Positions 12,681 to 24,969 of a DNA stretch of 64,000 nucleotides are shown one piece after another. The notes under the pieces are model-generated. The model ran no database searches, had not been told where the DNA came from, and worked only from the letters and a program-made list of their open reading frames with translations. The stretch covers positions 189,238 through 253,237 of the forward strand of contig MU054129.1 in NCBI GenBank assembly GCA_013239625.1, in the 5' to 3' direction. The position numbers and the translations under genes are program-made. The DNA is from Lama guanicoe. Its lineage: Eukaryota. Each line of letters opens with the position of its first letter. Position 1 is the stretch's first letter.

Positions 12681-14867
12681 ACCTTGCAATTGACACAACA
12701 TTGTAAACTTGACTATACTTCAATTAGAAAAAAAATCCTTGCCTTACAAGAATATATCTGGATTATGGAACTTTGCAAATGTAAAATGCCTAGGGTACAA
12801 TCTGCATAAAAAGTGGGGGACTGTAAACATTTACTATCCCTCCTTTATGAGCTATATTTCCTTTGCGGGGGGTTATAACCTCTCAGAGCTAAATTTCTCA
12901 GATTAAAAAAAGAAAACATTACCTGATTCTCAGTACTGCTGAATAATTAGATAACCCTATGATAGCATCTGACCCACAGAGGTTACTCAATAAATGTTTG
13001 TTGAATGAATGAATAAACATGCAAGTGAATTCTGCCCCTGCCGCAGATCATCACAATGGTACTGCCTGGAAATCCTTAGCCCACGTGCCACCCGACCCTA
13101 CACTAACCATGTGGGTGACCTGGGAAGGCCTGTGTGCTTCTCTAAACCCCAGTTTACTCACGAATAGAAATGGGAGTAATAACACAAACCTCAAAGGGTT
13201 AGTGCGTCAATAACAAATTGTACTACAATTTTGCAAGATGGAATCATGAAAGAAAATTCGGCAGAGTCCATAGGCTCTCTCCATATTAACTCGTACAACT
13301 GCATGGGAATCTACTTTATATCTCAAAATAAAAAGTCCAATTTTATTAAAGAGGTTATTGAGGTTAAATGAGCTCACTGTCTTAAATAAGGAACACACAG
13401 TACAAATAGAACAATGCCCAGCCCATAAGATACACTCAGTAAATGTTCCCAGTGAGCCCACTGGTCCCTCCAACTCCAGAGCACAAGGATGGGTCTTCAT
13501 GGCCAGAGGCCACTGCACCTGAAGCTAACAAAGCTAATGGTCCCCACATCCAAGAGGCCCTGCCTCCACCCTAGGTCTAATTTTGTATTTGTAACTTTTT
13601 TCTTATACTTAAATAGGAACCCCCAATTGCATAGCCTTCAGGTCACCAAAATCTGACCATGGAAATCATGACAGCAGCCCTCCCCAGTGAAACAATAAAA
13701 TTAAAACCATATACACAAGAAGTCTCTGTAATTTTAATGGCAGGAATTTCATCCTGGACTGAGAGAAAGAGGACTGGGGAGGAGGAGGAAACTGGGACCC
13801 CCAGACCCAGGGGCCACCTGTCCCATGATGGAACTTAGTCTCAACCCACACACTCCAGGAAATTCAAATTACACATAGACAGAGTGCTATGGACAAGATT
13901 TTTTTTTTTAAAGAAACACCTGATTCTCTAACAGGTCAGGTTTCTACTGAGACACAAATGGCTTATGTTTATATTGTTTCACAAAAACCTAAAATAATAT
14001 CACTCCAAATTGACACATGAAGAAACGGAGGAAAAGAGAGGTTTATCACATTGTGCAAGATTAGAGAGAGGCCACGTCAGAGGCTGTATTTAAATCCAAG
14101 CCTCTGCTCCAGTTCTCACACTAGAAAGTGTGACATACTGCCCCCCTCCTGCCCCTTCCCTGCAATAAATCTCTTAAGTCTTTTCTGTGCTACCTGGAAA
14201 GAACCAAAGTCACATTAACTTTCCATAAAGAGCTGTGGCACCCCTTGGAGGATGTATCAAAATCTGAAGAATTAAGTTTGGAGCAGAGATTTGAGTTCTC
14301 TGTTTCTCAAAAGGAGACATGGGTTTAAAAGAAGCCAAAAAGCAATTATCTAGTCTAAGCCCTCATTGTGCAGAGAAGGAAACGGAGACTCAGAAGAGAT
14401 GAGGAAAGGGCCTTATTTTCAAATCTTGCCTCAGGGCAGCACCAAGCCAGCCCCGGGCACTTCTGGGGGAGGATCTGGGAGGCCCAGGAGAATGAGTGTT
14501 AGAAAAAGGAAAGGGAAGAAACATACAAGCCCTCTCTCTACACCGTAGTACCATGCAGTTCCACCAAATTATGCAGTATAGGAGCCGCCAACATTAAGGT
14601 GGGCTAAACAGGTTATAGAAACCTGGAAGTCTCAACCACAGTGGAAATTCCAAATTTTATATGGTTTTTGCCAGTTCAAGCATGAGCTCAGCGGGAGCTC
14701 CGTGCCAGGCACTACACGAGGTCTGGAGTTCTCCCAAATACAGATCTCTATGAACACGTGTGCAAACCACATGCAGGCCCACCAGAAGAAAAATGCCCAC
14801 AGATAAGATGGAATTACTGAAAATGAAGGCAGCCAACCAGCATATATTACTAGCAAAAAGGATGCTG

Positions 14868-15182
14868 CTAGAAATACTCATGGACATAGCAAACTGTGGT
14901 TAGCAAGTGGGAAAAGGGGGAGGGACAGTTTAGGAGTTTAGTATGATCAGATACACATTACTATATATAAAATAAATAAATGACAAGGACCTACTGTATA
15001 GCACAGGGAACTATATTCAATTTCTTGTAATGAGTTGTACAGAAAACAATCTGAAAAATATACATGTACATATGCATATGTATAACTGAATCTCTGCTGT
15101 ACACCTGAAACTAACATTGTAAATTTATTACACTTTAATAAAAAATAAGAATTTTAAAAATAAATAAATAAATAAAAGAAAA
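14868..15182 (+). mobile_element. L1 3' end with A-rich tail
   Basis: catggacatagcaaactgtggtt...acaaggacctactgtatagcacagggaactatattcaa...tgctgtacacctgaaactaaca...aataaaaaat; typical laurasiatherian L1 3'UTR. Confidence 0.9.
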
Positions 15183-16055
15183 CTGTAATCCCCTTACCTG
15201 TAGGTGGTGGAGAACACTGGTTGCAAGCACCAAGTCCACTCGATCACTCCAGCAATGGCTGTCACTCTTTCTGACCATCAGGGAGTCAATTGGCTTCACT
15301 AAGGTTACATTTCTTTTTCGTGAAAAGCTACAGTTGCAACCAATGATATATATAATCTCATTATTCACAGACCCAACAAATTAGTGAAGACTTTCCATAG
15401 GCCAGGCTCTGGACAGATGAAAAGATAGGGTCTCAGATACATTTATGGGTAGAAAAAGTTTACGCCACGAAGATATTAAATCTTCCTGTTCTGATATATA
15501 GATTCAATGCAATTCTGATTAGAATTCCTACCAGATTTTTTATGGAATGTAACAAGTTAGTTTAGGGTCAGGAACAGCCAAGAAACTTCTTTAGAACCAC
15601 CACTGGGAAGGGGTGGATAGATCATTCATTTCCACTGTTCTTTCTGAAGTGATGAAAACGTTCTGGAATAATAATGGTTGCACCACTGCGAATATACTAA
15701 ATGCCGCTGAATTGTTCCATTTAAATGGGTGGACTTCACAGTGTGTGAACAATATCGCAATAAAGCTGTTCTATGAAAAAAATATTTCTGGACCACTATT
15801 TTTGCCTCTATATTACTAGTCTTCCCTACAATTTAAGAAAAACAAAACAACAAAACCAAACAAAACTTTGCCAGGAGACCTTTAGGACTGCAATGTTCCT
15901 GGGTCTCCAAAATGCCTCTGATGGTGCTGCTCCTGTTAACACACACTAGTTGGGCTGGACTAGTTAAGGACTATATCTTTTTAAAATCGACGGTCACATG
16001 TTTCACCCTGGGAGAGGGGAGGATGGAGAATGTCACAGCCTCGTGCCCTCATCTC

Positions 16056-16360
16056 TTTTTTGTTTGTTTGTTTTTGTTTTTGGAGTAGAGAAAGTTTTTA
16101 CTGCAGGGCCAAACAAGGAGAACAGTGGCTCATGCTCAAAAACCCTGAACTCTGATGGTTTTTCAGGTGAATTTTTTTTTTAGGGTAAAGTTTTTAATAC
16201 GCAAAATGAGGCTTGAGGGCTTCCAGGTGTGTGACATTCTTCTGACTAGGTGGTGGTAGGCAATAGGGCCGTGTTCCAGGGATCTCGTGCTCAGACTGCA
16301 GTTACCATCCTCCACCTGGGTGGGGGCCTTAGCTCCTGCAGAACAACTCAAACATATAAA
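16056..16360 (-). mobile_element. ERV1 (MER41-like) LTR fragment ending in a poly(A)-derived tail
   Basis: T-rich tail 16056-16081 abuts ggagtagagaaagtttttactgcagggccaaacaaggagaac...catgctcaaaaaccctgaactc...gttaccatcctccacctgggtgggggcct, which resembles antisense artiodactyl MER41-type LTR. Confidence 0.6.
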
Positions 16361-16619
16361 GTATAGCCCTGCCCCTACTCCTCAGCTCATTTTTAAGTGA
16401 ACCAAGCCCTGCTTTCAACAGTGATCACGCTCACTATAAAAACACGTTACATCAATAAGCACCACCATCCTAACACCAGAAAAAGTATTAAGGATATTTA
16501 CCTGGGGCAGAAACACTGAGGGAGGAGAAAGAAGCATGCTCAGCGTTGGCGCTCTCTTTTCCCAAGTCCCTGCCAGGAGAAGCTGGGTTTTACAGCCAGA
16601 GGATCTCAGCCCCAGGGAA

Positions 16620-17320
16620 CAGCGTCCATGCCACTGAGCTGGACCTCAGGTACAGGGAAAGGGAGAGGACTGCAGTCTAGGGGTGGCAGGGCAGGGAAAG
16701 CGGCGGGGGGCCCTGGCTGCAGCCCCGCTCGGAGGCCAGTCCCAGCCACTGTCCCCACCCCCGCCCGGCTCCGCAGACCCCGCCGCCCCGGGACACAGGC
16801 CGCCCATGGCCGGGGCGGGGTCTGCTGCCGAGGAGAGGAAGCCCGGGAGGAGGGGACTCGCAGCAGGAGAGCGGAAGGGGGCGCCGGCCACGGACTGAGG
16901 GGACCCCGGCTGGGGCGTGAAGTGGCAGGTGCGGGCCGCGGTATGGACGGGGGTGGCCATGTCCCCGGCAGGTGCGTGACGGCCCTGGACAGGTGTGGCC
17001 TGGGCGCCGGCGCAGGTGGCGCAGGCAGAGGGGTCTAGCGCGAGCCGCTCAGCTGGACACTCGCTGACACGAGCCCTTGCAGGGTGTGACACGCAGACCC
17101 CCTTCCCCAGAGCCCCCAACCTTCCACTTACACAGCCGGAGGCCCTGACCCGGGGCAGGAGCCAAAGGCTTACCGGGCGACAGAAGAGCTGAGCAGTCAT
17201 TGGGGCTGATCCCTGGCTCGGAGCTGGAGCTTCGGACCCGCGGTCCAGCTGGCATCCAACCGTGGGCATGCGTGGAAAGGCCAGCGATCCGCTCTGGGCT
17301 CTGGATTCTGCGAGATACAC
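16620..17320. promoter_or_regulatory. CpG island; candidate promoter / first exon for a minus-strand transcript into the TRAPPC9 fragment
   Basis: High GC and CpG density, GC box (ggggcgggg ~16812), minus-strand donors ccg|gtaagc at 17174 and cag|gtaaat at ~16502. Lies about 4.5 kb upstream of the exon-2 acceptor. Confidence 0.65.
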
Positions 17321-17983
17321 TGGGGAATCGAGGGAGGGAGAAGATTGGAGGGGGAGAAGATGGGAGGAGTAGGAGAGGAAGCGAAAAGTGGAGGGAGAGA
17401 GAGGGACGGAGGAGGAGCAAGGAGAAGCGAGAGATCCAGAGGGAGAAGAGGGAGGGGAGTAGCAGAGATGAAGAGAAAAAGCTTTACCTGCAAGGGCACC
17501 CCGAAGGAGGCGCCAGTCCTGCCTCCATGCCCTTCTCTAGCCCCTCAAGGCCAGAAGCTCAAATTTCACCTCCCTGGTCAAGCCCTCCAGTCAAGGCCTC
17601 TGCAGAACCCCTAAAGGGATCACACCTGTTGCCCCCAAGAGGAGCTGGGCTTCCTGTTGCTCCCGGAACCAAACACCCACAGGCGTTGTCGCTTAGAACT
17701 ACCTTGGAAAGAGTATAAATTCCCCTTTTACAGGCTGGGAAACTGAGGCAGGCATGATCTTTGCCTTAGCTGCACTGTCCCAGGTGTTGGGCTGGCAGGG
17801 AGTGGGAGGTACAAGTTCAGAGACCCAGACAGAGCAGACTGCCCGAGTGTCAGTGCATAGTCCCCATCTCTCCTGGGTAAACCTCTTTCCACCCTAGTGG
17901 AACAATGAAGGGCTCACAGTAGGTCCCTGGGTGTGGGAGAGCTGTCCTCAGTTCCAGTGCCCAGCTTGCTATGTAGATAGGAG

Positions 17984-18480
17984 TGTTCTCGAGTCCAAAC
18001 TCATTCTCCTCAATGCAGGACAGGACAATAAATCAGGAGACCAGGTGTTGGTGCATGGAATAGCAAGTTTCTGTAGACCTAGATGGCAAACTAATGTCCT
18101 GGAAAACTATCTCCCCAAGTCAGAATTCAGGATCTTTTCCTACTTGCTTGGTTGTTGCAAACTTCTTGGTGTAGGAATTTTTTGTTGTTACAATTCTTTG
18201 TTCTTGCAGCTATCCACCTGGGTCAGATCCCTGTAAACCTCCAACAAAACAAATGTTATTTTCTATTCTGCAACTTGCTATCTTTATATGAATGGAAAAA
18301 TGTTAATATCCTTTAAGGTCAGAGCCTTCAGAATAGGCTCTCCTGTCTATTTCAGGCTCTAGGCAACATTGTTTTACAGAAGGTGCAGAACCAGCAAGAC
18401 TAAGCCTAGGAAACAGAGCACAGGGTTAAAGTCAAAGGAACAGATCTAATACAGAGTCTGATTTGTTCTTTGCCATTATT
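17984..18480 (-). mobile_element. ERV1-type solo LTR, copy A (same family as 19141-19664 and 53095-53628)
   Basis: Begins tgttctcgagtccaaactcattct and is colinear and highly similar to 53095-53628. Confidence 0.85.
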
Positions 18481-19140
18481 GAGGCAGAAGCCACTTGAGG
18501 ATTTAAATCCTTTTAGGTTAAAAATAAGTAAAACTTTAAAGGAATTTACATACATAGGTTGAAATGTGCATAAAATATTTGGAAAAGCTCACAAAAGAAC
18601 AAAAGATTCAGTGGCATCTCCAGGGAGGGCTGAGAGAACAAAGGATGAGGGAAACCTTTCCCTTGTGTATTTTTGTGCTGTTTGAATTTTTTTTTACCAT
18701 ATACATGGGTTTCTTTTTCAGTTAAAAAAAAAAGTGTAATGGAGGGAAGGAGTAACTAGCTCAGCAAGTACAGTAGCCATGGGAAACAGATCCGTCACTT
18801 TTGCTTTAAGCCAGGAAGCATTTATTGACTCTCTCCTATGAGCCCAGTGCTGTTTTATGACTTCATTTATTATGTGTATTTTTTATAAAATAATAACATG
18901 CTATCACTGACCCCTGCCCAGGGGAGCTGGTGGAAAACCAATTGAGATTTTATTGAGTTGTTTTCCAAGGAGTATAAATGAGTTATAAACAGAACACATC
19001 TTCAGGGCAAACAAGGTGGAATGGATTTCCAGCAGGCCAGACAGCTAGGAAGGGTTTTCAACAGAGATTCCCAGAGGCAGAGGGAGAAACCCTCCAGGGC
19101 CCCACAAAATCTGCCCAAAGTGGTTTCTCCATGGCACTAT

Positions 19141-19664
19141 TGTAATAGGAAAGAACAAATCTGACTCCAAATTACATCTTTTTCTTTGACTTTAACCCTG
19201 TGCTCTGTTTCCGAGGCTTAGTCTTGTTGGTTCTGCACCTTTTATAAAACAATGTTGCCTAGAGCCTGAAATACACAGGAGAACCTATTCTCAAGGCTTT
19301 GACCTTTAAGGACATTAACACTTTTCCGTTCGTATAAAGATAACATGTTGCAGAACAGAAAATAACATTTGTTTTGTTGGAGGTTTACAGGAATCTGACC
19401 CAGGTGGACAGCTGCAACAACAAAGGATTCTAACAACAAAGGATTCCTACACCAAGATGTTTGCAACAGCATCCCCCTTCCCTTTTTAATATAAAAGGAG
19501 CCTGAATTGTGACTAGGGGAAGATGGTTTTCCAGGACAATTACTCTGCCATCTCCTCAGTCAGCTGGCTTTCCAATTAAAGACGCTATTTCTTGCCACAA
19601 AAAGTGGTCTTCCAATTTATTGGCCTGTCCTGCAGTAAGCAGAATGAGTTTGGACTCAGTAACA
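19141..19664 (+). mobile_element. ERV1-type solo LTR, copy B, inverted relative to copy A
   Basis: tgtaatagg...gactcagtaaca (TG..CA), TATA-like aatataaaa ~19488, attaaa poly(A) signal ~19575. Reverse complement of copy A over most of its length. Confidence 0.88.
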
Positions 19665-20677
19665 CAACCAAACATTGAAAGTATTCATTTGGTATATTAA
19701 ATGACTTGCTTCTGCTGGTCTTTCTTCCTGACTTTTTCTTTTCTTGACCACTCCTGCTATGTTTATGAAAAATCTGTCAGTCTGCTCTTGTGGACACATT
19801 TAAATCTCTAGCCACTACCCTTCCAGATAAGAACTGATGTCACCAAAATTGCTAAGAGATATTACATGGTCAGAAAAGACCAGAAGTGTGTACTGGTTGA
19901 TGTTCAGGGGCAGGCTGGGACACCTGACAAGATGTCATAAGCATGGATAGACAGCTGGGCACCAAAGGAGAAGCTTCTAGGCCTCCATGAAGGACTTGCT
20001 GGATAAGAAGAAAAAGTCCCAGATTGTAGATCTGATTCCAACATGAGCTTCCTGGGTGAGGGTCAGCAAATCATTTCAGTTCTCTAGGCCCGTGCTGTCC
20101 AACATGTGAGCCACCAGCCACTTGCAGAATTATGAAGTTATTCTGTAGCCAGGCAGAATTATAAATAAACATTTTACAGCAAAGGCTCAGCACGTATGAT
20201 GTTTAGAAACATTAGTGGTTTTCTTGCCCTAACAGGTTATTTTTGTATGTCTAGCTTTCTGTGGTTTGTAACGCCCATGACTAATGATTCCCTTATAGTG
20301 AGGTATTTTGAAGTTATAAGTTACTGGACACAGTACCGTCATATCACAGTTGAAAAAAAAGATCCACATAAGCCAGGCCATTTGATTTAGTAGTTATGAG
20401 CAGGGTCTCCGGGGCCAGCCTGCCTGAGTATAAATTCTCACTCAGCCTCTGGGGGGTTCTGTGTGAGTCATGGAGAAATTTTTATTATTATTGTTGTTGT
20501 TGTTGTTATTTTACTTATTTGTGCCTCTTTTTCCTAACTTTTTAATGGTGAGGAATATGTAGACTCTATCTCCAACTGTGCTGGCAGGATTAAGTGTTTT
20601 AACGTCTGTGCTGCCCACTTCCCTGGATTTCAGCATTCTCCAGGCAATCAGTTTCACACCCGGAGGCATTCTTCACT

Positions 20678-21033
20678 ATCTTAGTCTGTCTGGGATGCTG
20701 TAAAAAATTACCGTGAGTCAGGTGGCTTAAACAGCCAGCATATTCCTCAAGTTTTGGAGGCAGAGACATTCAAGATCAAGGTATCTGAGAGAGGACTGCC
20801 TTCATGGCTTGAAGATGGCTGTCTTCCCACTATCTTCATGGAGTGGAGAGCAAAGAGAAGCAAGCACTCTGGGGCCCCTTATAAGTGCCCTAATCCCATT
20901 CATGAGGGCTCTACTCTCTTGACTTCATTTTATCCTACTAATTACCTCCCAAAGACCCCGCCTCCCAATACCATCACCCTGGGAGATGGGGTTTCAAAAT
21001 AAGGATTTTGAGGGGATGCATTCAGTCCACACA
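20678..21033. mobile_element. MaLR LTR (MLT1A/B-like)
   Basis: tcttagtctgtctgggatgctgtaaaaaattacc...ttggaggcagagacattcaagatcaagg...ctaatcccattcatgagggct...attcagtccacaca. Confidence 0.75.
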
Positions 21034-21354
21034 TTGGCTAACTCTCCCCAACATGCAGTCATCAAACCTGTAGCTAATTTCAAAGTAATGTTTATATCTC
21101 TCTGTCCATTCCCATTCCTACATCCAGTAACACTGAAGCCCTGTTAGATTTTATTCCTTATTTTTCTGGTAGAGATTTAATTGATTCCTCTACTCCAATG
21201 CTCTCCTCACTCCAAACAGTCTGCTTAACAGCCCTGCCAGGTAGGTCTTCCTTAAAACACCTTCCCACTTCACCTGGTTGTTTTTTAGGTGTAAATGTCA
21301 GAACCCTCTCCACACCCTATACTAGACCTTTAATCCCTTACACTACCGCTCACT

Positions 21355-21760
21355 ATGTTATTTTTCTATTACCACTGTAACAAATTTCCATAAGCTTAAT
21401 AGCTTAAACCAGCACAGATTTATCACCTTATGGCTGTGGAGGTCAGAGATCCAACACAGTTCTCATTGGGCTAAATTCAAGGTACCAGCAGGGTGCCTTC
21501 CTTCTAGAGTATCTAGAAGAAAATGTTTCCTTGTTTGTTTGTTTGTTTCCAGTTTCCAGCAGTCACTCACCTTCCTTAGCTTGTGCCCCACGACTTCCTT
21601 CATCTTCATGGCCAACAGCCTTTCTGAACATCGCTCCATGGCTGCAACTCCCTCTGATCCTAAACTCAGATGGGAAATGTCCTATGATTGTAAAGACCCC
21701 TGTGATTACACTGGACCCACCTGGAAAATCCAGGCTACTCTCCCTATCACCTCATCTCAG
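21355..21760. mobile_element. MaLR LTR (MLT1C/D-like) fragment
   Basis: ttctattaccactgtaacaaatttccataagctt...ggaggtcagagatccaac...gtgattacactggacccacctggaaaatccagg. Confidence 0.7.
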
Positions 21761-21889
21761 GATCCCCTTGTCCGACCCCACTCAGGCATTATGTATGTGG
21801 CTGTGACACTCACCTTGGGTAACATTTCCTCTCGTGAGCAATTAAAAGTTCAAGACACTTGTGAACGGCTTTTTGTTTTTCTTCCTTAG

Positions 21890-22865
21890 TCTTTTCACAT
21901 TCAGTACGTCTGGTGAGATTATACAAATCCTGTTTATTTGTAACCCGGCACTAATCTTTAACAACGTATTAAAAGGCTAATAAAATAGCCAATTTAGAAG
22001 GAAAATCCTCTAAGATTTTTAAGATTTTTGTCCCTAAAATGCCTGTCATCCCTTTACTGCCTACAGTAACATGTCACAGGTGGCTTCCCTGTGGGGGTGA
22101 GGGTCACATTGTTCTGCCACCACAGTCCCTTCATTCACACCAACGTGCTGGTCTCCTAACAGAGGATCTATGCTCCCAGCTTTGCTCACTTCCTCCTCCT
22201 TTCCATTGACCATCCTGTTCCCACTGCTTCCTTCGTTCACCACATCAGGATTTCATGAAAACATTCTTCTCTAAATGGAATGGATATTGTGGAGCTAACG
22301 TCTAATAATTGTTCTCAGTGTATACGCACACACTCACCTATGTGTCTCCCCATCCATCTCTTTATTTTTCTAGAATCTTCCAGAGGAATCCGTTCTATCA
22401 TGATGATGATGATGATGATGATACTGACATTGATGACAGGGGCCTCTCAAGGACTCTGATAAAGAGAGAATCAATGAAGAGGGAATCATTGCAAAATTGC
22501 CCCAGAAACAGGTTAAAGGTAAATAACTGTTATAGTGTTTAATGAAATCAACTAAAATTTAACTATTTTTAAAACTTTATATCACTGTATTTTAAATTTT
22601 AAGAGGAATTTTCATTCACCACTAACCAAGATTTGAATTTAGTACCAAAATCTAAGAGGATTTCTATCTTCTAACAAATTGTCCACTAGCTTTTTAAGCA
22701 CATGACTCTTAAAAAAAAAAAAAGGTTAGTGCTGGGCTGCAAATAAATAGGATTCATATAATTTCACCAGACACACTGAATGTGGAAAGACAAAGGAAGA
22801 AAAACAAAAAGCCATTCATAATACCTTCAAACTTACGTTGCGCAGAAGAGAACACGTTAGCCAAG
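21890..22865 (+). pseudogene. Three-exon fragment of an unidentified gene (21890-21912, 22374-22518, 22771-22865), probably a pseudogene
   Basis: Canonical sites: ttcttccttag|...ctg|gtgaga; ttatttttctag|...aaag|gtaaat; tttcaccag|...ccaag|gtgagt. Phases chain 1>0, 0>1, 1>0, giving FSHSVRL-NLPEESVLS..(GAT)7 out of frame..QGPLKDSDKERINEEGIIAKLPQKQVK-DTLNVERQRKKNKKPFIIPSNLRCAEENTLAK. Confidence 0.5.
22401..22422 (+). repeat. (GAT)7 trinucleotide repeat inside a candidate exon
   Basis: Directly visible tgatgatgat... run. Confidence 0.9.
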
Positions 22866-23784
22866 GTGAGTGTCATATCAACATGACGCCTGAGTGGGAT
22901 GGGGAATCTGATCTTCCTCATCAGACATTTATGCTGATTTGTTAGATGCCAACACAGTTTCCTCTTTGGACTTGCTTCTAATAATTACGGAACAGTTTAG
23001 GCTCTACCAAAAGCAGACTAAATATTTTCCCCTGCCTCCAAATCTCTGGACTGAATGTCCCCACAAGAAGGACATGATTATATTTCACAGGAAACTCTTC
23101 CTGAGAAACAACAGGCTTTTTGAGGGCAGAACTACTGGTCCCACAGGGAGGGCTGGAGGAGGGATTGAGGGGACACTGGAAATACAGGAGGAGTCAGTTC
23201 AGATAGTGCTGCTCAAGTTGCCAAAGACATCCTACCAAAAGTTTCATGAGTGAAGGAGCCTGTGAACACTGAGCAGGTTATTAATGCACAGCAGTACATA
23301 ACTAGCATCACAAGTCCATTGTAGCATGTTTTGATATTTGGAAAATAATTAGCCCATTGCTCTTTGAAAATGCAGCAGTAGAAATAGAAATAATAAACAC
23401 TGAGCTTTCTTGGAGATAACAAACAATAAAAAATTCTAAATCTGCAGGATTCCTTGACAATATGCAAGCGATGAGCTAGATGTGTGCTGCAGATACCTCT
23501 TACTGCAGGGCTCACTCCTGCAAAGCACAGAACTAGTTTTCTCAGCAGACAGAGGGAACCAAGTCAAGATTTCTAATCTTGAGAGATTTACTATATGGCA
23601 GGAAAGATCAGACAAGTAAATACAGCTAAATATGAATAAATGCAATCAAATATTATGAAGTGTGCATGGAGCACAGAAGAAGAAAAATTCCTTTCACCTG
23701 GGATCTAGAGAAACTTCTTCAGAAAATGTAGTTTTGAAGATGGCAAAAGACATGGGTGGAAATTTGACAGAACAGGACGTAAGG

Positions 23785-24386
23785 AATTTAAAAACTAATT
23801 CTAACATTCATATAAAATGCAAAAAATCGCAAATATCCAAAACAACTTTGAATAAGAAAAATTTTGAAGACTTACAATATCTGATTTTCAGACTTTTTAA
23901 AATTAAGCTACAGTAATCAGAAAGTATGGTATTGTTGTAAAACAGGAAAATAGAATAATGGAACAGAATAGAATTTTCCGAACTAAACCAACACTTAGAT
24001 GGACAATTGAATCTCAGTAAGGATGCAGTGGAGAAAGGATCTTTTCAACAAGTCGTGCTGGAACAATTAGACACCCACATGCAAAAAGAGAAAAACGAAC
24101 TTTGACCCACACCTCACAAAATACAGAAAAATTAATTCAAAATGGATCATAGATCTTAATAGGAAATCCAAAACTATAAAACAGCTAGGAGGAAAAGCAT
24201 AGGCTTAAGCAATGTGACTTTGGGTTTGGCAAACATTTCTTTGCTATGACACCAAAAGTATAATCTTTACAGTTACTTTTAAAAAGTAACTGATAGAGTG
24301 AACTTTATCAAAATGAAGACTCTTCAAAGCTCTTCAAAACACTGTTAAGCAAATTAAAAGACAAGCCATAGAGAGAAACTAATTGC
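23785..24386 (+). mobile_element. Old L1 ORF2 fragment, truncated abruptly at a CpG island
   Basis: aaaactaattctaacattcatata...agctacagtaatc...tggaacagaataga...tgctggaacaattagaca...aaatggatcatagatcttaa...aaaagacaagccata; classic L1 ORF2 3' region. Confidence 0.9.
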
Positions 24387-24930
24387 GCCAGCTTACCGCC
24401 CCCTGACCGCACCGCGCCCGCCCCCCAGCAGCAAGCTCACCTGGAGACGGGCGTCTGGCTTCTCGGGCAGCAGAGGCCGCCCCCAGGCCACGCCGAGGGG
24501 TGGAGCGGAGCAAACTGCCGGCTCCCGGGCTGCGGGCCCCCTACCCACGTCGCCCCCGCACCGTAATTGCACTGCCCCGCTCTCCTCCTCAGCAAGCTGA
24601 GTGGGACAGGTGTGTCAGGCCACCTGAAGCAGCAGAGGTCGCTTGCAGGCCCGGCCCCCGGGGAGACGGGATCTAACCCACCAGCTCGCCAGGGGCAGGG
24701 CTACACCCCTCCGCTGCCGCCGCCGCTGCCGCCGCCCCTGACCGAACCGCCCCGCCTCCCAGGAGCAAGCTCACCTGGAGTCCGACTTCCGGGGAATCTC
24801 CTGCGGCCAAGGCCGCCTCCAGGCCAGGCTGCTGGGAAGAGAAGGAAACAACCGGCTTGCCTGGGCAGCCCCCTCCCGCCGCCGCCATCCCAAACGCACC
24901 ACACCCGCCCCCAGGGGTCCAGCTGACTGC
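24387..24930 (-). promoter_or_regulatory. CpG island made of two diverged units about 334 bp apart, each carrying a minus-strand splice donor (ctccag|gtgagcttgc)
   Basis: gcaagctcacctggag at 24431-24446 and 24765-24780 with similar flanks; ETS motif ccggaagt (minus strand, ~24785-24792); GCC repeats. Confidence 0.65.
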
Positions 24931-24969
24931 AAGGATGTGCACCAGCCTTCTGATTCTGGCCACGAGCCT

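Noticed and set aside
16628..17718. Long ORFs (136-224 aa) over the CpG island
   Set aside because: They overlap on both strands, are low-complexity G/P/A/R-rich, are expected in GC-rich DNA, and show no recognisable domain.
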